From Cytophagaceae bacterium (GTDB taxonomy: Bacteria > Bacteroidota > Bacteroidia > Cytophagales > JAIYAX01): 64,000 nucleotides of DNA. The position numbers and the translations under genes were made by a program. The notes beneath the pieces are model-generated. The model made no database searches and was not told where the DNA came from. It saw only the letters and a list, made by a program, of their open reading frames with translations. The stretch spans positions 38,910-102,909 of the forward strand of contig JAIYAX010000023.1 of assembly GCA_027488815.1 (NCBI GenBank), in the 5' to 3' direction. Numbering within the stretch: the first letter of the stretch is position 1; the number at the start of each line of letters is the position of its first letter. Below, piece after piece: positions 30,101 to 39,676 of the stretch.

Positions 30101-30606
30101 TTAGAAGAAACCTGGCCAGTCGTTGGAACAGCCAGACTCATGTGGGTTGGCAACAGCGAAACTCTGAAAGCGATGTGTTGACAGCTCGAAACTTCAGCAT
30201 CGATAACAGAGAGCTTGGAGAGGAACTATCCTATCAACCCGGCAATGTGCTTAGGCTAAGCCTGCTGGGTACACTCGCTGAACGTAAGGGGCAAACGGCC
30301 TCATTCGAAAACTCCAGCGCAACGGTGCAGCGTTTGGGAATTGAGGCAAAGATCAACCAGGTGCTAAAGCGAAGCATTGCACTGGGGATTAATTATGTCA
30401 ACATTCAGTTTCAAGGGCAGTCCAATAATGCTTTAGGAGTAGAACTGTTAGAGGCTTTGCTGCCTGGAAATAACTTCACATGGACAATGAACTGGCAACA
30501 AAAACTAACCAATGGTTTGCAATTGAACATGAACTATGAAGGAAGGAAGTCAGGAGATGCCCCTATCGTTCACATTGGCAGAATGCAGGTTAGCGCACTT
30601 TTTTAA
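27133..30606 (+). CDS. Large hypothetical outer-membrane protein, probably a beta-barrel
   Basis: Signal peptide (AFA-Q), amphipathic strand pattern, C-terminal Phe (GRMQVSALF). Confidence 0.7.
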   Translation: MMCIYKKWIWFLGLALATAPQAFAQQAGIVIKKVPVITFPQSLGEYTLVPGSLRLISDCDTLLKYRVDLDQNSIVFTDPAGCDSVTLSYRVLSVNLTKPQSLRSITAYDSLPVFKEQAYGSQEYLTERKEELFGLGGLQKTGNITRGISFGNTQDVFVNSLLNLQLEGRISDDLTLTAAISDQNVPFQPEGNTQQLQEFDRVYIQLDHNKGRLTAGDLVMKNREGHFLRYFKNVQGGQFTVRSKPWSGQKAETTAGAAIAKGKFSSQVVPVIEGVLGPYRLRGPNNERFIIVIANSEKVFLDGKQLIRGFDYDYVIDYNQGEITFSNRILITQFSRVRVDFEFAERNYSRTITQAAHYQQSEKVDLYFNIYREADNPRNPLTTELSEEDKIRLRASGDNLLNAFGSGIDSTGFIERQVMYRRVDSLVVGQLYQVFVYDTDPASAVFRLSFTEVGVGKGNYVLAQTLASGRVYRWVAPVAGIAQGNFEPLRLLPTPKELGMATLGVVLRSGKNHQFFAEAAASRNDLNRFSDLDAGDDQGTAIKAGYQSQAPVSIGRGYQFSGLINAEFNQKNFRFVDRLRSIEFDRDWSADPKSTGYLADEHIGQASLLIQKDPSNRLMFESIFRQRGSEVNGMQQKLNLNKSWWRFQQGTELFYMSNDQGKQYSRWLRLSQDLHLRGKWIVPGYQYQIDQNVVRNRATDSVLFTAMNFEEHRIYLRSADSSSFMYLADYAIRYDQAPLEGRLQRANRSETANFRLRSTSLKSQEVNTTFTYRKLETLTQSSNQRAEETIMGRFDWLGSFFKQSLRTELTYALGTGRELRREFVYLAVPIGEGTHFWRDLNGNNVQELDEFFPAVTSDQRQFIRLFVPTDEYITAYTNSLIYRLTYNLPSSWRTKGWFKKQFSKLSTVSSISLENRVTNPLPEFRYNPFVAMSTSQSGLLSRTQNTRATVFYNRSNPSYGADLAWSRVEQRNLITGGFEGRAISEQRIGLRRNLASRWNSQTHVGWQQRNSESDVLTARNFSIDNRELGEELSYQPGNVLRLSLLGTLAERKGQTASFENSSATVQRLGIEAKINQVLKRSIALGINYVNIQFQGQSNNALGVELLEALLPGNNFTWTMNWQQKLTNGLQLNMNYEGRKSGDAPIVHIGRMQVSALF

Positions 30607-30749
30607 GCTAAAAAATTTAGAGAATGATTTCAGTTGGGAAGCCAGTGAATTGCATCCCGAATTCTGATCTAATAATTGTGCACAACTAAAGATCCTTTAT
30701 ACCCTGAACTTAGTCTTCACCTTCTAATTTTGAAGCCTTTGAATTTTTT

Positions 30750-32993
30750 ATGGCGCTCGATTTAATTGATAAAGTATCCCGTGAGTTACAACTCCGGCAA
30801 ACACAGGTAAAAGCTGTTGCTCAATTGCTGGCAGAAGGTGGCACTATTCCATTTATCGCCCGATACCGAAAAGAAGCTACAGGAAGTCTTGATGAAGTAG
30901 AGATCGCATCTATCAGGGACAGGTTGCAGCAACTTGAAGAACTGGAAAAGCGAAGAGCGGCTATCTTGAAAAGTCTCGAAGAACAAGGGAATTTAAGCCT
31001 AGAGCTTAAGTCGGCAGTTGAAAAAGCACAAAATATGTCCGAACTGGAAGATGTCTACCTGCCCTATAAACCCAAGCGCCGTACCAAAGCCACCATTGCA
31101 AGGGAGAAAGGTCTTGAACCCCTCGCACGGTTGCTCTATGAACAGGGCAGGCAAGATCCTTTGCAAGAGGCAGCTGCTTATGTTGATCCGGATAAACAAG
31201 TCCTTAATGAAGAAGACGCTTTATCAGGGGCTTGCGATATCATCGCCGAATGGACCAGTGAAGACAGCGAAGTAAGGGCGAAAACCAGAGCCTTGTTTGT
31301 GAAACATGGGGTTTTTCGAACCAAAGTCATCAAGGGTAAAGAAGAGGAAGGGATTAAATTTAAGGATTACTTTGACTGGTCTGAACCGGCAGCAAAGGCT
31401 CCCTCTCATCGGGTATTGGCCATGCGAAGAGGCGAAAAAGAGTTGATTCTCAGCATGGACCTTGCTCCTGCAGATGATGAAGTTATCCCTCAACTGGATC
31501 GGATGATCATCAAAAATCAATCAGCATGTGCAGAATGGGTTAGAAAAGCACTTATCGATGGATATAAACGCCTGCTGAAACCCTCTATGGAAACAGAACT
31601 ACGTCTGGAGACCAAAAAGAAAGCCGATGAAGAAGCGATACGGGTGTTTGCTGAAAACTTACGCCAACTGCTGCTGGCCTCACCGTTAGGAGAGAAAAGT
31701 GTTCTAGCCATCGATCCTGGATTTAGAACCGGCTGCAAAGTAGCTGCGCTTGACCCGCAAGGAAAGCTATTGGAATACACCAACATTTACCCTCATGAAC
31801 CCCAGCGCAAAACTCAGGAGAGCGGAGCCATCATCCGGCAGTTGCTCGAGCGTCACCACAGCGAGGCAATCGCCATTGGCAATGGCACGGCAGGCAGGGA
31901 AACAGAACAGTGGTTGCGTTCACTTAGACTTGAGCAAAGCTTTCCTGTGATCATGGTCAATGAGTCAGGAGCCTCAATCTATTCGGCATCTGAGGCTGCC
32001 AGAGAGGAGTTTCCAGATTTGGATTTAACGGTAAGGGGTGCCATTTCCATTGGCCGCAGACTTAAAGACCCACTGGCAGAATTGGTAAAAATTGATCCAA
32101 AATCGATTGGGGTCGGCCAGTACCAGCATGACGTTGATCAAAACCAATTGAAAAGCAGTCTGGATGAAGTCGTGCTCAGTTGTGTGAACGGAGTAGGAGT
32201 AGAGCTCAATACGGCTTCCAGGCATCTGCTGGCTTATGTTTCCGGCTTGGGTCCCCAACTTGCAGGAAATATTGTGGCTTATAGAGAAGAGAACGGACCT
32301 TTTAAGTCCAGACAGGATTTGCTAAAGGTAAGCAGGCTGGGAGGAAAGGCTTTTGAACAGTGTGCAGGATTTTTAAGAATAAGAGGAGCGGCTAATCCTT
32401 TGGACAGTAGTGCAGTACACCCCGAAAGCTATCCTGTGGTGGAGCAAATGGCTTTAGACCTGGGTTGTACCTTTCACGAACTCATGAGTACTGAAGAGTT
32501 GAGAGCGAAACTCAATTTACAGAAGTATCAGACTGAAAAGGTAGGCATGCCGACCTTGAAAGACATTCTGGCTGAGTTGGCCAAGCCGGGACGTGACCCC
32601 AGGGAGCAGTTTGAAATCATTCAGTTCGCAGAAGGAGTCAATAGTCCGGAAGATCTGAGGCAAGGGATGAAACTGACCGGAATTGTGACCAATGTGACCA
32701 ATTTTGGTGCTTTTGTCGACGTTGGCGTTCATCAGGATGGGCTGGTACACCTGAGCCATTTGGCCGATCGATTTATCAAGCATCCTTCTGAAGTTGTTTC
32801 AGTCGCTCAAAAAGTGGAAGTGACCGTACTGGAAGTCGACCTGCCCCGTAAGCGCATCAGCCTCAGCATGAAGAAAGAGCCTTTTGCGACAGCTTCACAG
32901 GCGCCCAGGAAAGAGAAAAAGCCATTACCGGAAAAACCTGTGGAAGGGGATTTACAGGCACAATTGGCTAAGTTGAAAGGGAAATTTGGATAA
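30750..32993 (+). CDS. tex: Tex family RNA-binding transcription accessory protein
   Basis: TIPFIARYRKEATG, IDPGFRTGCK, NESGASIYS, PKSIGVGQYQHD, S1 domain; TAATTTTG box at 30725-30732. Confidence 0.96.
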   Translation: MALDLIDKVSRELQLRQTQVKAVAQLLAEGGTIPFIARYRKEATGSLDEVEIASIRDRLQQLEELEKRRAAILKSLEEQGNLSLELKSAVEKAQNMSELEDVYLPYKPKRRTKATIAREKGLEPLARLLYEQGRQDPLQEAAAYVDPDKQVLNEEDALSGACDIIAEWTSEDSEVRAKTRALFVKHGVFRTKVIKGKEEEGIKFKDYFDWSEPAAKAPSHRVLAMRRGEKELILSMDLAPADDEVIPQLDRMIIKNQSACAEWVRKALIDGYKRLLKPSMETELRLETKKKADEEAIRVFAENLRQLLLASPLGEKSVLAIDPGFRTGCKVAALDPQGKLLEYTNIYPHEPQRKTQESGAIIRQLLERHHSEAIAIGNGTAGRETEQWLRSLRLEQSFPVIMVNESGASIYSASEAAREEFPDLDLTVRGAISIGRRLKDPLAELVKIDPKSIGVGQYQHDVDQNQLKSSLDEVVLSCVNGVGVELNTASRHLLAYVSGLGPQLAGNIVAYREENGPFKSRQDLLKVSRLGGKAFEQCAGFLRIRGAANPLDSSAVHPESYPVVEQMALDLGCTFHELMSTEELRAKLNLQKYQTEKVGMPTLKDILAELAKPGRDPREQFEIIQFAEGVNSPEDLRQGMKLTGIVTNVTNFGAFVDVGVHQDGLVHLSHLADRFIKHPSEVVSVAQKVEVTVLEVDLPRKRISLSMKKEPFATASQAPRKEKKPLPEKPVEGDLQAQLAKLKGKFG

Positions 32994-33093
32994 GGTTACT
33001 GACCTTATTATGCTAATTTCTCCAAATTCAAAATCACGCATTCAATAATGTTAATTGGCATTGGTTCAAAACACGGATCTGAACTAAAAAAAG

Positions 33094-34629
33094 TCATTTT
33101 TTAGGAATTACTACCTTAAAACGACCTATTTTCTTTTTTGGGATACTACTTTGTTTTGAAATCTCAGAGGCTTGTGTGTTTGTCCTAATTTCTTTTAGTA
33201 AATTAAATTTTCTAAGGTAGGTAACTTCTTTATCATAAGTATCCCTGTCACTGGTATTCATTGCCCAATAAATATCATCAGGAGATAACTCTTTATCGTT
33301 CATGCCTGTGACTAATATTCTTTTTTGAGTTGGACTTAATTGAAAGTCAGAAAAGAGTTGTAAGAATTCCTCTTGTAAAGGTTCGAATTGAGATTTATTA
33401 AACAATGTTACCGTAAACCAAACAGTATTTGAGTACAGTTTCGGCTTTTTAAGTTCACTTTGTTGCATCAAGGTAAAAATGCGTTTCATGCCTTCACCCA
33501 TTTCCCTCATGGTTTCATTTACTTTTAAAGTATAGGCTATTTTGGCATTTCTAGAATCATGGCGGTTATCGAGGGCTTCTAAGTCTTCTATAGTTAGTGT
33601 TGATAGCAGGGCACCCGGACTTTTGATTTCCATTCGATCATTATAGATATGAATTTCTATCCCCCTTCCTTCTGCTGAATAATCTCTATGAGCAATGGCA
33701 TTGATTAATGCTTCTTTACAAGCCTCTTCAGGGTAAATAAACTTTTGTTTGAATTGCGCATTTGAAGTAAACTCAGTTTTGTATGCCAGGTAAGGTCGCA
33801 TTGCCTCCCAAGACTTTAGAATCAATTCATAAATATTCCCTTGCACAAATTCATCGCTGATTACATTATACTTTTCACCTGATAGCAACTCTGTGCCCGC
33901 TATTTTGACAAAACGAACCTGACAACGAGGGTGCCATCTTTGTATTTCCTTGGCGAAAAGCAAGGCCGCAGCTTTTGTCAGACGTAGACCATTGGAAGCA
34001 TAATAAGCTAATCCCAGATGTTGTAGATACCTTTCGACTGAGTATCCTTTTAAATAAACATCAGCTAAAGATTGTAATAAGGAAAGATCTAAATCTCCAA
34101 CTGTAGCACCATCTACAAATTGTCTGTCAAATTCTCTTGATTTGATTTCCTGTTGGTCAAATTGTAGCTTTTTTACATTTGCTGGCACGGTTTGACGCTT
34201 CTCATTTCTACGCATTACCCTACCGTCCCTTAATTGGTATATTTCTGAACTTCCTTTATCTACCTGAAAGAAAAGAATGACCATTCCGTCGATAGAGGTT
34301 TTCAGCTTATAAACCATTGGAAGTTCCTGGCCTTCATAAACATGAGTTTTTGGCGAATTGAGCATTATCTCGATGTCATCGTCTGAATGAGGCACACCCG
34401 TGATTGTGGTATCATCTTCTATTCCGATAATAATTTCTCCCCCATCAGTGTTGGCAAAGGCTACTAATGCTTCGGCAATATCTTCACATATTTTTTTAGC
34501 AAGGCGAGGTTTTTTATTCCCTGGTCGCCCATCTAGCGCAGATTTAAATTCTCTAAAGTCGCTTTCGCCGACAAGAATAGAGTTTTTTATTCTTTCCTGT
34601 AAAATTAATATATCAGTAAAGTTGTCCAA
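33094..34629 (-). CDS. AlbA_2 (Schlafen-like) domain + HATPase_c_4 (RecG-C-like) protein
   Basis: GESDFREFKS, AFANTDGG..IIGIEDD, EALINAIAHRDY, DRMEIKSPG, SRN, REMGEGM; TTG start; AT-rich. Confidence 0.85.
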   Translation of the reverse strand: MDNFTDILILQERIKNSILVGESDFREFKSALDGRPGNKKPRLAKKICEDIAEALVAFANTDGGEIIIGIEDDTTITGVPHSDDDIEIMLNSPKTHVYEGQELPMVYKLKTSIDGMVILFFQVDKGSSEIYQLRDGRVMRRNEKRQTVPANVKKLQFDQQEIKSREFDRQFVDGATVGDLDLSLLQSLADVYLKGYSVERYLQHLGLAYYASNGLRLTKAAALLFAKEIQRWHPRCQVRFVKIAGTELLSGEKYNVISDEFVQGNIYELILKSWEAMRPYLAYKTEFTSNAQFKQKFIYPEEACKEALINAIAHRDYSAEGRGIEIHIYNDRMEIKSPGALLSTLTIEDLEALDNRHDSRNAKIAYTLKVNETMREMGEGMKRIFTLMQQSELKKPKLYSNTVWFTVTLFNKSQFEPLQEEFLQLFSDFQLSPTQKRILVTGMNDKELSPDDIYWAMNTSDRDTYDKEVTYLRKFNLLKEIRTNTQASEISKQSSIPKKKIGRFKVVIPKK

Positions 34630-34648
34630 GTGTTTTTTTCTAAAAATT

Positions 34649-35401
34649 CTAACTTATCGACTTCACCGCTCGCATCAGCTTATTGGCCAAAACGAAATCC
34701 TCCAGTTCCTGACAATCTGTATGCAGGATTTCTTCTGAATTACCCTCCCATAGCTTTCTGCCTTGATGGATAAACAAGATGTTTTCACCTATTTCCATCA
34801 CTGAATTCATGTCATGAGTCACAACGATGGTAGTGGTGTTGAATTCTTTGGTGATTTCGTCGATCAGGTTGTCAATTCTGATAGAAGTTTGTGGGTCAAG
34901 GCCTGAGTTGGGCTCATCGCAGTAGAGGTAGTCGGGGTTCATCACGATGGCTCTTGCAATGCCGACCCTTTTTTTCATCCCACCGCTGATTTCACTGGGC
35001 ATTTTTTTATTGGTGTTTTCCAGACCCACACGTTTCAGGCAAAAATTTACCCGTTCGATTTTCTCCTCCTCCGGCATTTTGGTCAGCATGTCGAGTGGAA
35101 ATTTCACATTTTCCTGAACGTTTTTTGAGTCAAACAACGCTCCTCCCTGAAACAACATTCCTATCTCTCTGCGGATTTCTGTCTTCAGGTCTCGGTCTGC
35201 ATTGGTAAAACTTCTGCCATCATAAAAAACCTCACCCTCATTGGGCTTTATAATCCCCACCATACATTTCATCAACACACTCTTTCCGGTACCCGAGGCT
35301 CCGATGATCAGGTTGGTCTTGCCTTTTTGAAACACCCCGCTGACATCGGTCAGTACCTGTTTGCCTCCAAATTGTTTACTGATATGTTTGACCTCAATCA
35401 T
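34649..35401 (-). CDS. mlaF: ABC transporter ATPase, MlaF/Mkl family
   Basis: GASGTGKS, LFQGGALFDS, ISGGMKKRV, DEPNSGLDP, VTHD. Confidence 0.9.
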   Translation of the reverse strand: MIEVKHISKQFGGKQVLTDVSGVFQKGKTNLIIGASGTGKSVLMKCMVGIIKPNEGEVFYDGRSFTNADRDLKTEIRREIGMLFQGGALFDSKNVQENVKFPLDMLTKMPEEEKIERVNFCLKRVGLENTNKKMPSEISGGMKKRVGIARAIVMNPDYLYCDEPNSGLDPQTSIRIDNLIDEITKEFNTTTIVVTHDMNSVMEIGENILFIHQGRKLWEGNSEEILHTDCQELEDFVLANKLMRAVKSIS

Positions 35402-36126
35402 AGCAGTAACTGGGCTAATAAATAATCAGCTACCAGAATTGCGATACAACTGCTAGTAACGGCATTGGTTGAGCTTTTTCCCACTTCCAAAGCACCACCT
35501 ACGGTGAAGTATCCGGTAAAAGCAGAGATGGATGAAACCAAAAAGGCGAATACCAGCGATTTGATCAAAGCAAAATTGACATTGAAGGGGTTGAAATCGG
35601 CTCTCAATCCAAAAACATATTGGGTCTCAGTGAGATGGCCGCTGAAGACCCCCGCCAGAAATCCTCCCATGATCGACAAAAATGCAGCAAGGATCACAAG
35701 CAATGGATAGGTGATCATCGCTGCTACAATCTTGGGTAATACCAGGTAGGAAGCGGAGTTGATACCCATTACCTCGAGCGCATCGATTTGCTCTGTGATC
35801 CGCATGGTACCCAACTCACCGGCGATGTTAGAGCCAACTTTACCCGCAAAGACGATCCCGATTACCGTAGGAGCCAGTTCTAGCATGGTCATGTCACGAA
35901 CCAAAAGTCCGATCACGTACTTTGGGATAAGCGGAGAGATCAGATTGAAGGCTGTTTGAACGGCAGTCACCGCTCCAATGAAGCTGGAAACGATAACGAC
36001 AATGAAAATACTATCCACCCCAATTTTCATACACTCTTCCAGAGTCTGGGAGGCGTATACTTTAAATTTTTCTCTTCGGGTGAAAAGTGTACTAATAAAG
36101 ATGATGTACTTACCCAGTTTTCGCAT
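35398..36126 (-). CDS. mlaE: ABC permease, MlaE family
   Basis: ELAP, AGKVGS.IAGELGTMRITEQIDALEVMG, GGALEVG; TAGGTTTG box on the minus strand at 36148-36155. Confidence 0.92.
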   Translation of the reverse strand: MRKLGKYIIFISTLFTRREKFKVYASQTLEECMKIGVDSIFIVVIVSSFIGAVTAVQTAFNLISPLIPKYVIGLLVRDMTMLELAPTVIGIVFAGKVGSNIAGELGTMRITEQIDALEVMGINSASYLVLPKIVAAMITYPLLVILAAFLSIMGGFLAGVFSGHLTETQYVFGLRADFNPFNVNFALIKSLVFAFLVSSISAFTGYFTVGGALEVGKSSTNAVTSSCIAILVADYLLAQLLL

Positions 36127-36236
36127 GAGTAAAGGCAGCTATTGGGTCAAACCTACACCAATTCACCCATTCAAACAAGACACAGGCTTAGTACAGCACT
36201 TCCTTTTTTTGCAATTTGGCATCAAAACAAAAGAAG

Positions 36237-36944
36237 ATGTATCAGTCAGTTGTTGTTACCGGAGGTACACGTGGTATTGGTCTTGCTATTGTAAAGCGCT
36301 TTGCTAAAGAGGGATATGATATCATCACCTGTGGCAGGGATACCGAGACTGGCCGTAAGCTCGTTCAGGATTTTAAAAAATGGTTTCCTGAGCGTAACCT
36401 TCACTTTTATGCGAGTGATTTATCCACTCCGTCTGGTTGTATGGACTTTGTGAATTTTGTCCATGCCCTGGCTCATCCCATCCTTGCTCTGGTAAACAAT
36501 ACCGGGTATTTCAAGCCGGGCAGCATCCTTGAAGAGCCTGAGGGTCATCTGGAGGGTATGATCAATACCAATCTGTATTCAGCTTACCATTTATCCAGAG
36601 GGATTGTGCCTCAAATGATTCAGTCCGGCAAAGGGCATGTGTTTAACATCTGCTCCATCGCCAGCATTATGGCCTATGCCAACGGCGGCTCTTACAGCAT
36701 TTCCAAATTTGCCATGTTGGGGATGAGCAAAGTGCTTCGTGAAGAGACGAAAAAGACAGGTGTGAAAGTAACTGCGGTGCTACCCGGCGCTGTTTTGACG
36801 GATAGTTGGGCAGGGGTAGACCTCCCGGAAGAGAGGTTTATTCAACCCCATGATGTGGCTGATGCGATTTGGTCATGCTATTCACTCGGTCCGGGAGCAG
36901 TAGTGGAGGAGCTATTGATCAGGCCGCAGCTTGGGGACATTTGA
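36237..36944 (+). CDS. Classical SDR oxidoreductase
   Basis: TGGTRGIG, NNTG, YSISK. Confidence 0.92.
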   Translation: MYQSVVVTGGTRGIGLAIVKRFAKEGYDIITCGRDTETGRKLVQDFKKWFPERNLHFYASDLSTPSGCMDFVNFVHALAHPILALVNNTGYFKPGSILEEPEGHLEGMINTNLYSAYHLSRGIVPQMIQSGKGHVFNICSIASIMAYANGGSYSISKFAMLGMSKVLREETKKTGVKVTAVLPGAVLTDSWAGVDLPEERFIQPHDVADAIWSCYSLGPGAVVEELLIRPQLGDI

Positions 36945-37101
36945 TAGTTTAGCAGACCCATCTTGCTGAAATCGATTTGGGATTACTGTGGAATACCATT
37001 AATCAGACACTGTAGTGCTCAAATCGCAAGGACTTTATGTGTAAACAGGCATTGAACAAAGCCCGGTTCCAAAGGTTATATTTGCAAAACAAAGCATTCC
37101 T

Positions 37102-39108
37102 ATGTCAGTGACTTCTGATTCCGCATCATTGATTCATCCACTACGATATGCAGAAAGTCTCAGCACATACAAACGTCGAGAGACCATAGAAGTAAACATC
37201 GGTGATGTTCCTTTAGGTGCACATCATCCTATCCGGGTGCAGTCCATGACCACTGTCGATACGATGGATACCTTGGGAAGTGTTGAGCAGACCATTCGAA
37301 TGGTAAATGCAGGCTGTGAATACGTACGGATCACTGCTCCCAGTGTAAACGAAGCCCGAAATCTGGAGAACATCAGAAATGAACTCAGAAAAAGGGGCTA
37401 CCATGTGCCACTAATTGCTGATATTCACTTCACCCCCAATGCCGCTGAGCTGGCTGCCCGCATCGTTGAAAAGGTGAGGATAAACCCAGGCAACTATGCA
37501 GATAAAAAGAAATTTGAGACCATAGACTACTCAGATGCGGCTTACGAAGCTGAACTTCAACGTATCCGTGATAAGTTTCTACCCCTGGTTAAAATTTGTA
37601 AAGAATATGGAACTGCCATGCGAATCGGCACCAATCATGGCTCTCTATCAGATCGTATTTTGAGCAGATATGGCGATACTCCACTCGGCATGGTGGAGTC
37701 GGCACTTGAATTTTTACGCATTTGTGAGGACGAGAAGTACTACAATATTGTTCTGTCTATGAAGGCCAGCAACACCCAGGTTATGGTACAAGCCTATCGC
37801 TTGCTGGTCGATAAACTAAAAAATGAAGGTTTTAAGCCTTACCCTTTGCATTTGGGAGTGACGGAGGCAGGCGATGGAGAAGATGGGCGCATTAAATCTG
37901 CAGTAGGAATAGGCGCATTGCTGGAGGATGGACTGGGTGATACAGTGCGTGTCTCACTTACTGAAGAGCCTGAATTTGAGGCTCCTGTTGCTCGGGCATT
38001 GATCGATCGGTACACCCATCGGTCAGGCCATAAGGCTATCAAGGAGATCAACGGTTTAAGACTAGATCCATACCAATACCATCGAAGAAAAAGTATAGAA
38101 GTTCTCAATTTCGGAGGAGGAAATGTGCCTCGTGTGATTGCCGATTTTAGTCACTCCGCCGCAATAGGCATCGATGACCTTAAATCTGTTGGTCATTTCT
38201 ACTTTTCCTTGACCGATAAGTGGAACATGAATGATCAGGGTGTGGATTTCATCTATTCCGGTGACCATCCAGTGGATTTTATGTTTCCAAATGGTTTGAA
38301 AGAAATCGTCAACTACCAGGTCTGGAAAAAAGTGAACGATAAAAAGCACATTTTTCCTTTATTGACTTCAAAGGAGTATGTGTTAAATGAGGTACCCTCC
38401 GGCGAAACTGTTTTTATCAAACTGGAGCTCGATGAGCTTGAGGATCAAGCATTGCTGATCAAGCTAGAGAAAGAAACTAAAGCAGTATTGCTCATTCATA
38501 CCGAAAACACCCATGCGTATGCTGAGCTCAGAAGGTTGTTTTTTGAGCTGATCGAAAGAGAGATACTACTTCCTGTAGTGGTTTGTCGGCCATTTAATTA
38601 CCTATCTACAGAGTTAAGTACCCTTTATGCTGCCACAGATGTGGGTGGTCTGTTAATTGATGGTTTTGGAGATGGAATCATGCTAAGCAGCCAGAAGGAG
38701 CTATCTCAAGGAGATAAGAGTTTTAAGGCTGACATGTTAAAAACACGGAATTCGGTCTCCTTTGGCATTTTGCAAGCGGCTCGTACCCGCATGTCAAAAA
38801 CGGAATACATCAGTTGTCCTAGTTGTGGCCGCACGCTTTTTGACCTTCAGGAAACGACTGCAATGATCCGCAAACGAACTGACCATCTGAAAGGAGTTAA
38901 GATTGGTATCATGGGTTGCATTGTGAATGGTCCCGGAGAAATGGCAGATGCTGACTATGGCTATGTAGGCTCTGGGGTAGGCAAAATCACTCTTTATAAG
39001 GGTCAGGATGTGGTAAAAAGGAATGTTCCAAGTGAAAATGCTGTTGATGAATTAATCGACATCATCCGGCAGGATGGCAATTGGATTGAACCTGCTCCTG
39101 TCATTTAA
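37102..39108 (+). CDS. ispG: HMBPP synthase IspG, long form with internal insert domain
   Basis: IRVQSMT, ADIHF, RINPGN, RIGTNHGS, HLGVTEAG, SCPSCGRT, MGCIVNGPGE; TATATTTG box at 37077-37084. Confidence 0.97.
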   Translation: MSVTSDSASLIHPLRYAESLSTYKRRETIEVNIGDVPLGAHHPIRVQSMTTVDTMDTLGSVEQTIRMVNAGCEYVRITAPSVNEARNLENIRNELRKRGYHVPLIADIHFTPNAAELAARIVEKVRINPGNYADKKKFETIDYSDAAYEAELQRIRDKFLPLVKICKEYGTAMRIGTNHGSLSDRILSRYGDTPLGMVESALEFLRICEDEKYYNIVLSMKASNTQVMVQAYRLLVDKLKNEGFKPYPLHLGVTEAGDGEDGRIKSAVGIGALLEDGLGDTVRVSLTEEPEFEAPVARALIDRYTHRSGHKAIKEINGLRLDPYQYHRRKSIEVLNFGGGNVPRVIADFSHSAAIGIDDLKSVGHFYFSLTDKWNMNDQGVDFIYSGDHPVDFMFPNGLKEIVNYQVWKKVNDKKHIFPLLTSKEYVLNEVPSGETVFIKLELDELEDQALLIKLEKETKAVLLIHTENTHAYAELRRLFFELIEREILLPVVVCRPFNYLSTELSTLYAATDVGGLLIDGFGDGIMLSSQKELSQGDKSFKADMLKTRNSVSFGILQAARTRMSKTEYISCPSCGRTLFDLQETTAMIRKRTDHLKGVKIGIMGCIVNGPGEMADADYGYVGSGVGKITLYKGQDVVKRNVPSENAVDELIDIIRQDGNWIEPAPVI

Positions 39109-39118
39109 CGAAGTTTAT

Positions 39119-39328
39119 ATGAACAATTCAGCACAAGAGGATTCTAAGAAAACAGGGATCAAGCGGTATTTTGAGCTTGGCGAGGTATTTACCTATTGGT
39201 TCAGAAAGCATGACCCGAATAGACCTACAAATTTGAACCTGAAAATGATGCATGGGATCAATAAGATCTCTATGATTATGTTTCTGGTTGGGATCATCTT
39301 TATCCTGGTGAAAAAGTTTTTGCTTTGA
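39119..39328 (+). CDS. Small membrane protein (DUF6728-like)
   Basis: FRKHDPNRPTNLNLKMMHGINKIS followed by a TM segment. Confidence 0.7.
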   Translation: MNNSAQEDSKKTGIKRYFELGEVFTYWFRKHDPNRPTNLNLKMMHGINKISMIMFLVGIIFILVKKFLL

Positions 39329-39672
39329 ACCTAAGTGAGTACCGGGATTATTGCCTTTCAAAAAAAGGCGTGACTGAAGAAACACCCTTTGGTCCGGATA
39401 CTCTGGTATTCAAAGTTTTGGGTAAAATGTTCTCTGCAACAGATTTGATCCTGTTTGAAAGCATCAACCTGAAGTATCCAACAGAAGTGATAGACGAATT
39501 ACGAGAGGCCTACCCTGGTGTTTTGCCTGGTTATCACATGAACAAGAAGCATTGGAACACCATTCTCATGGACGGATCGATCCCTGACAAGTTAATTTGC
39601 CAATGGATCGATATTTCCTATGATTTGGTTGTAGAAGGTTTACCTCAAAGTCTTAAGTCTAAGCTGATGTAG
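39325..39672 (+). CDS. MmcQ/YjbR family protein
   Basis: ETPFGPDTLVFKV.GKMF, INLK, PGYHMNKKHWN, SYDLV. Confidence 0.93.
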   Translation: MNLSEYRDYCLSKKGVTEETPFGPDTLVFKVLGKMFSATDLILFESINLKYPTEVIDELREAYPGVLPGYHMNKKHWNTILMDGSIPDKLICQWIDISYDLVVEGLPQSLKSKLM

Positions 39673-39676
39673 CGAA

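Noticed and set aside
37102-39108. Unusually long IspG
   Set aside because: Matches the known three-domain form; not novel
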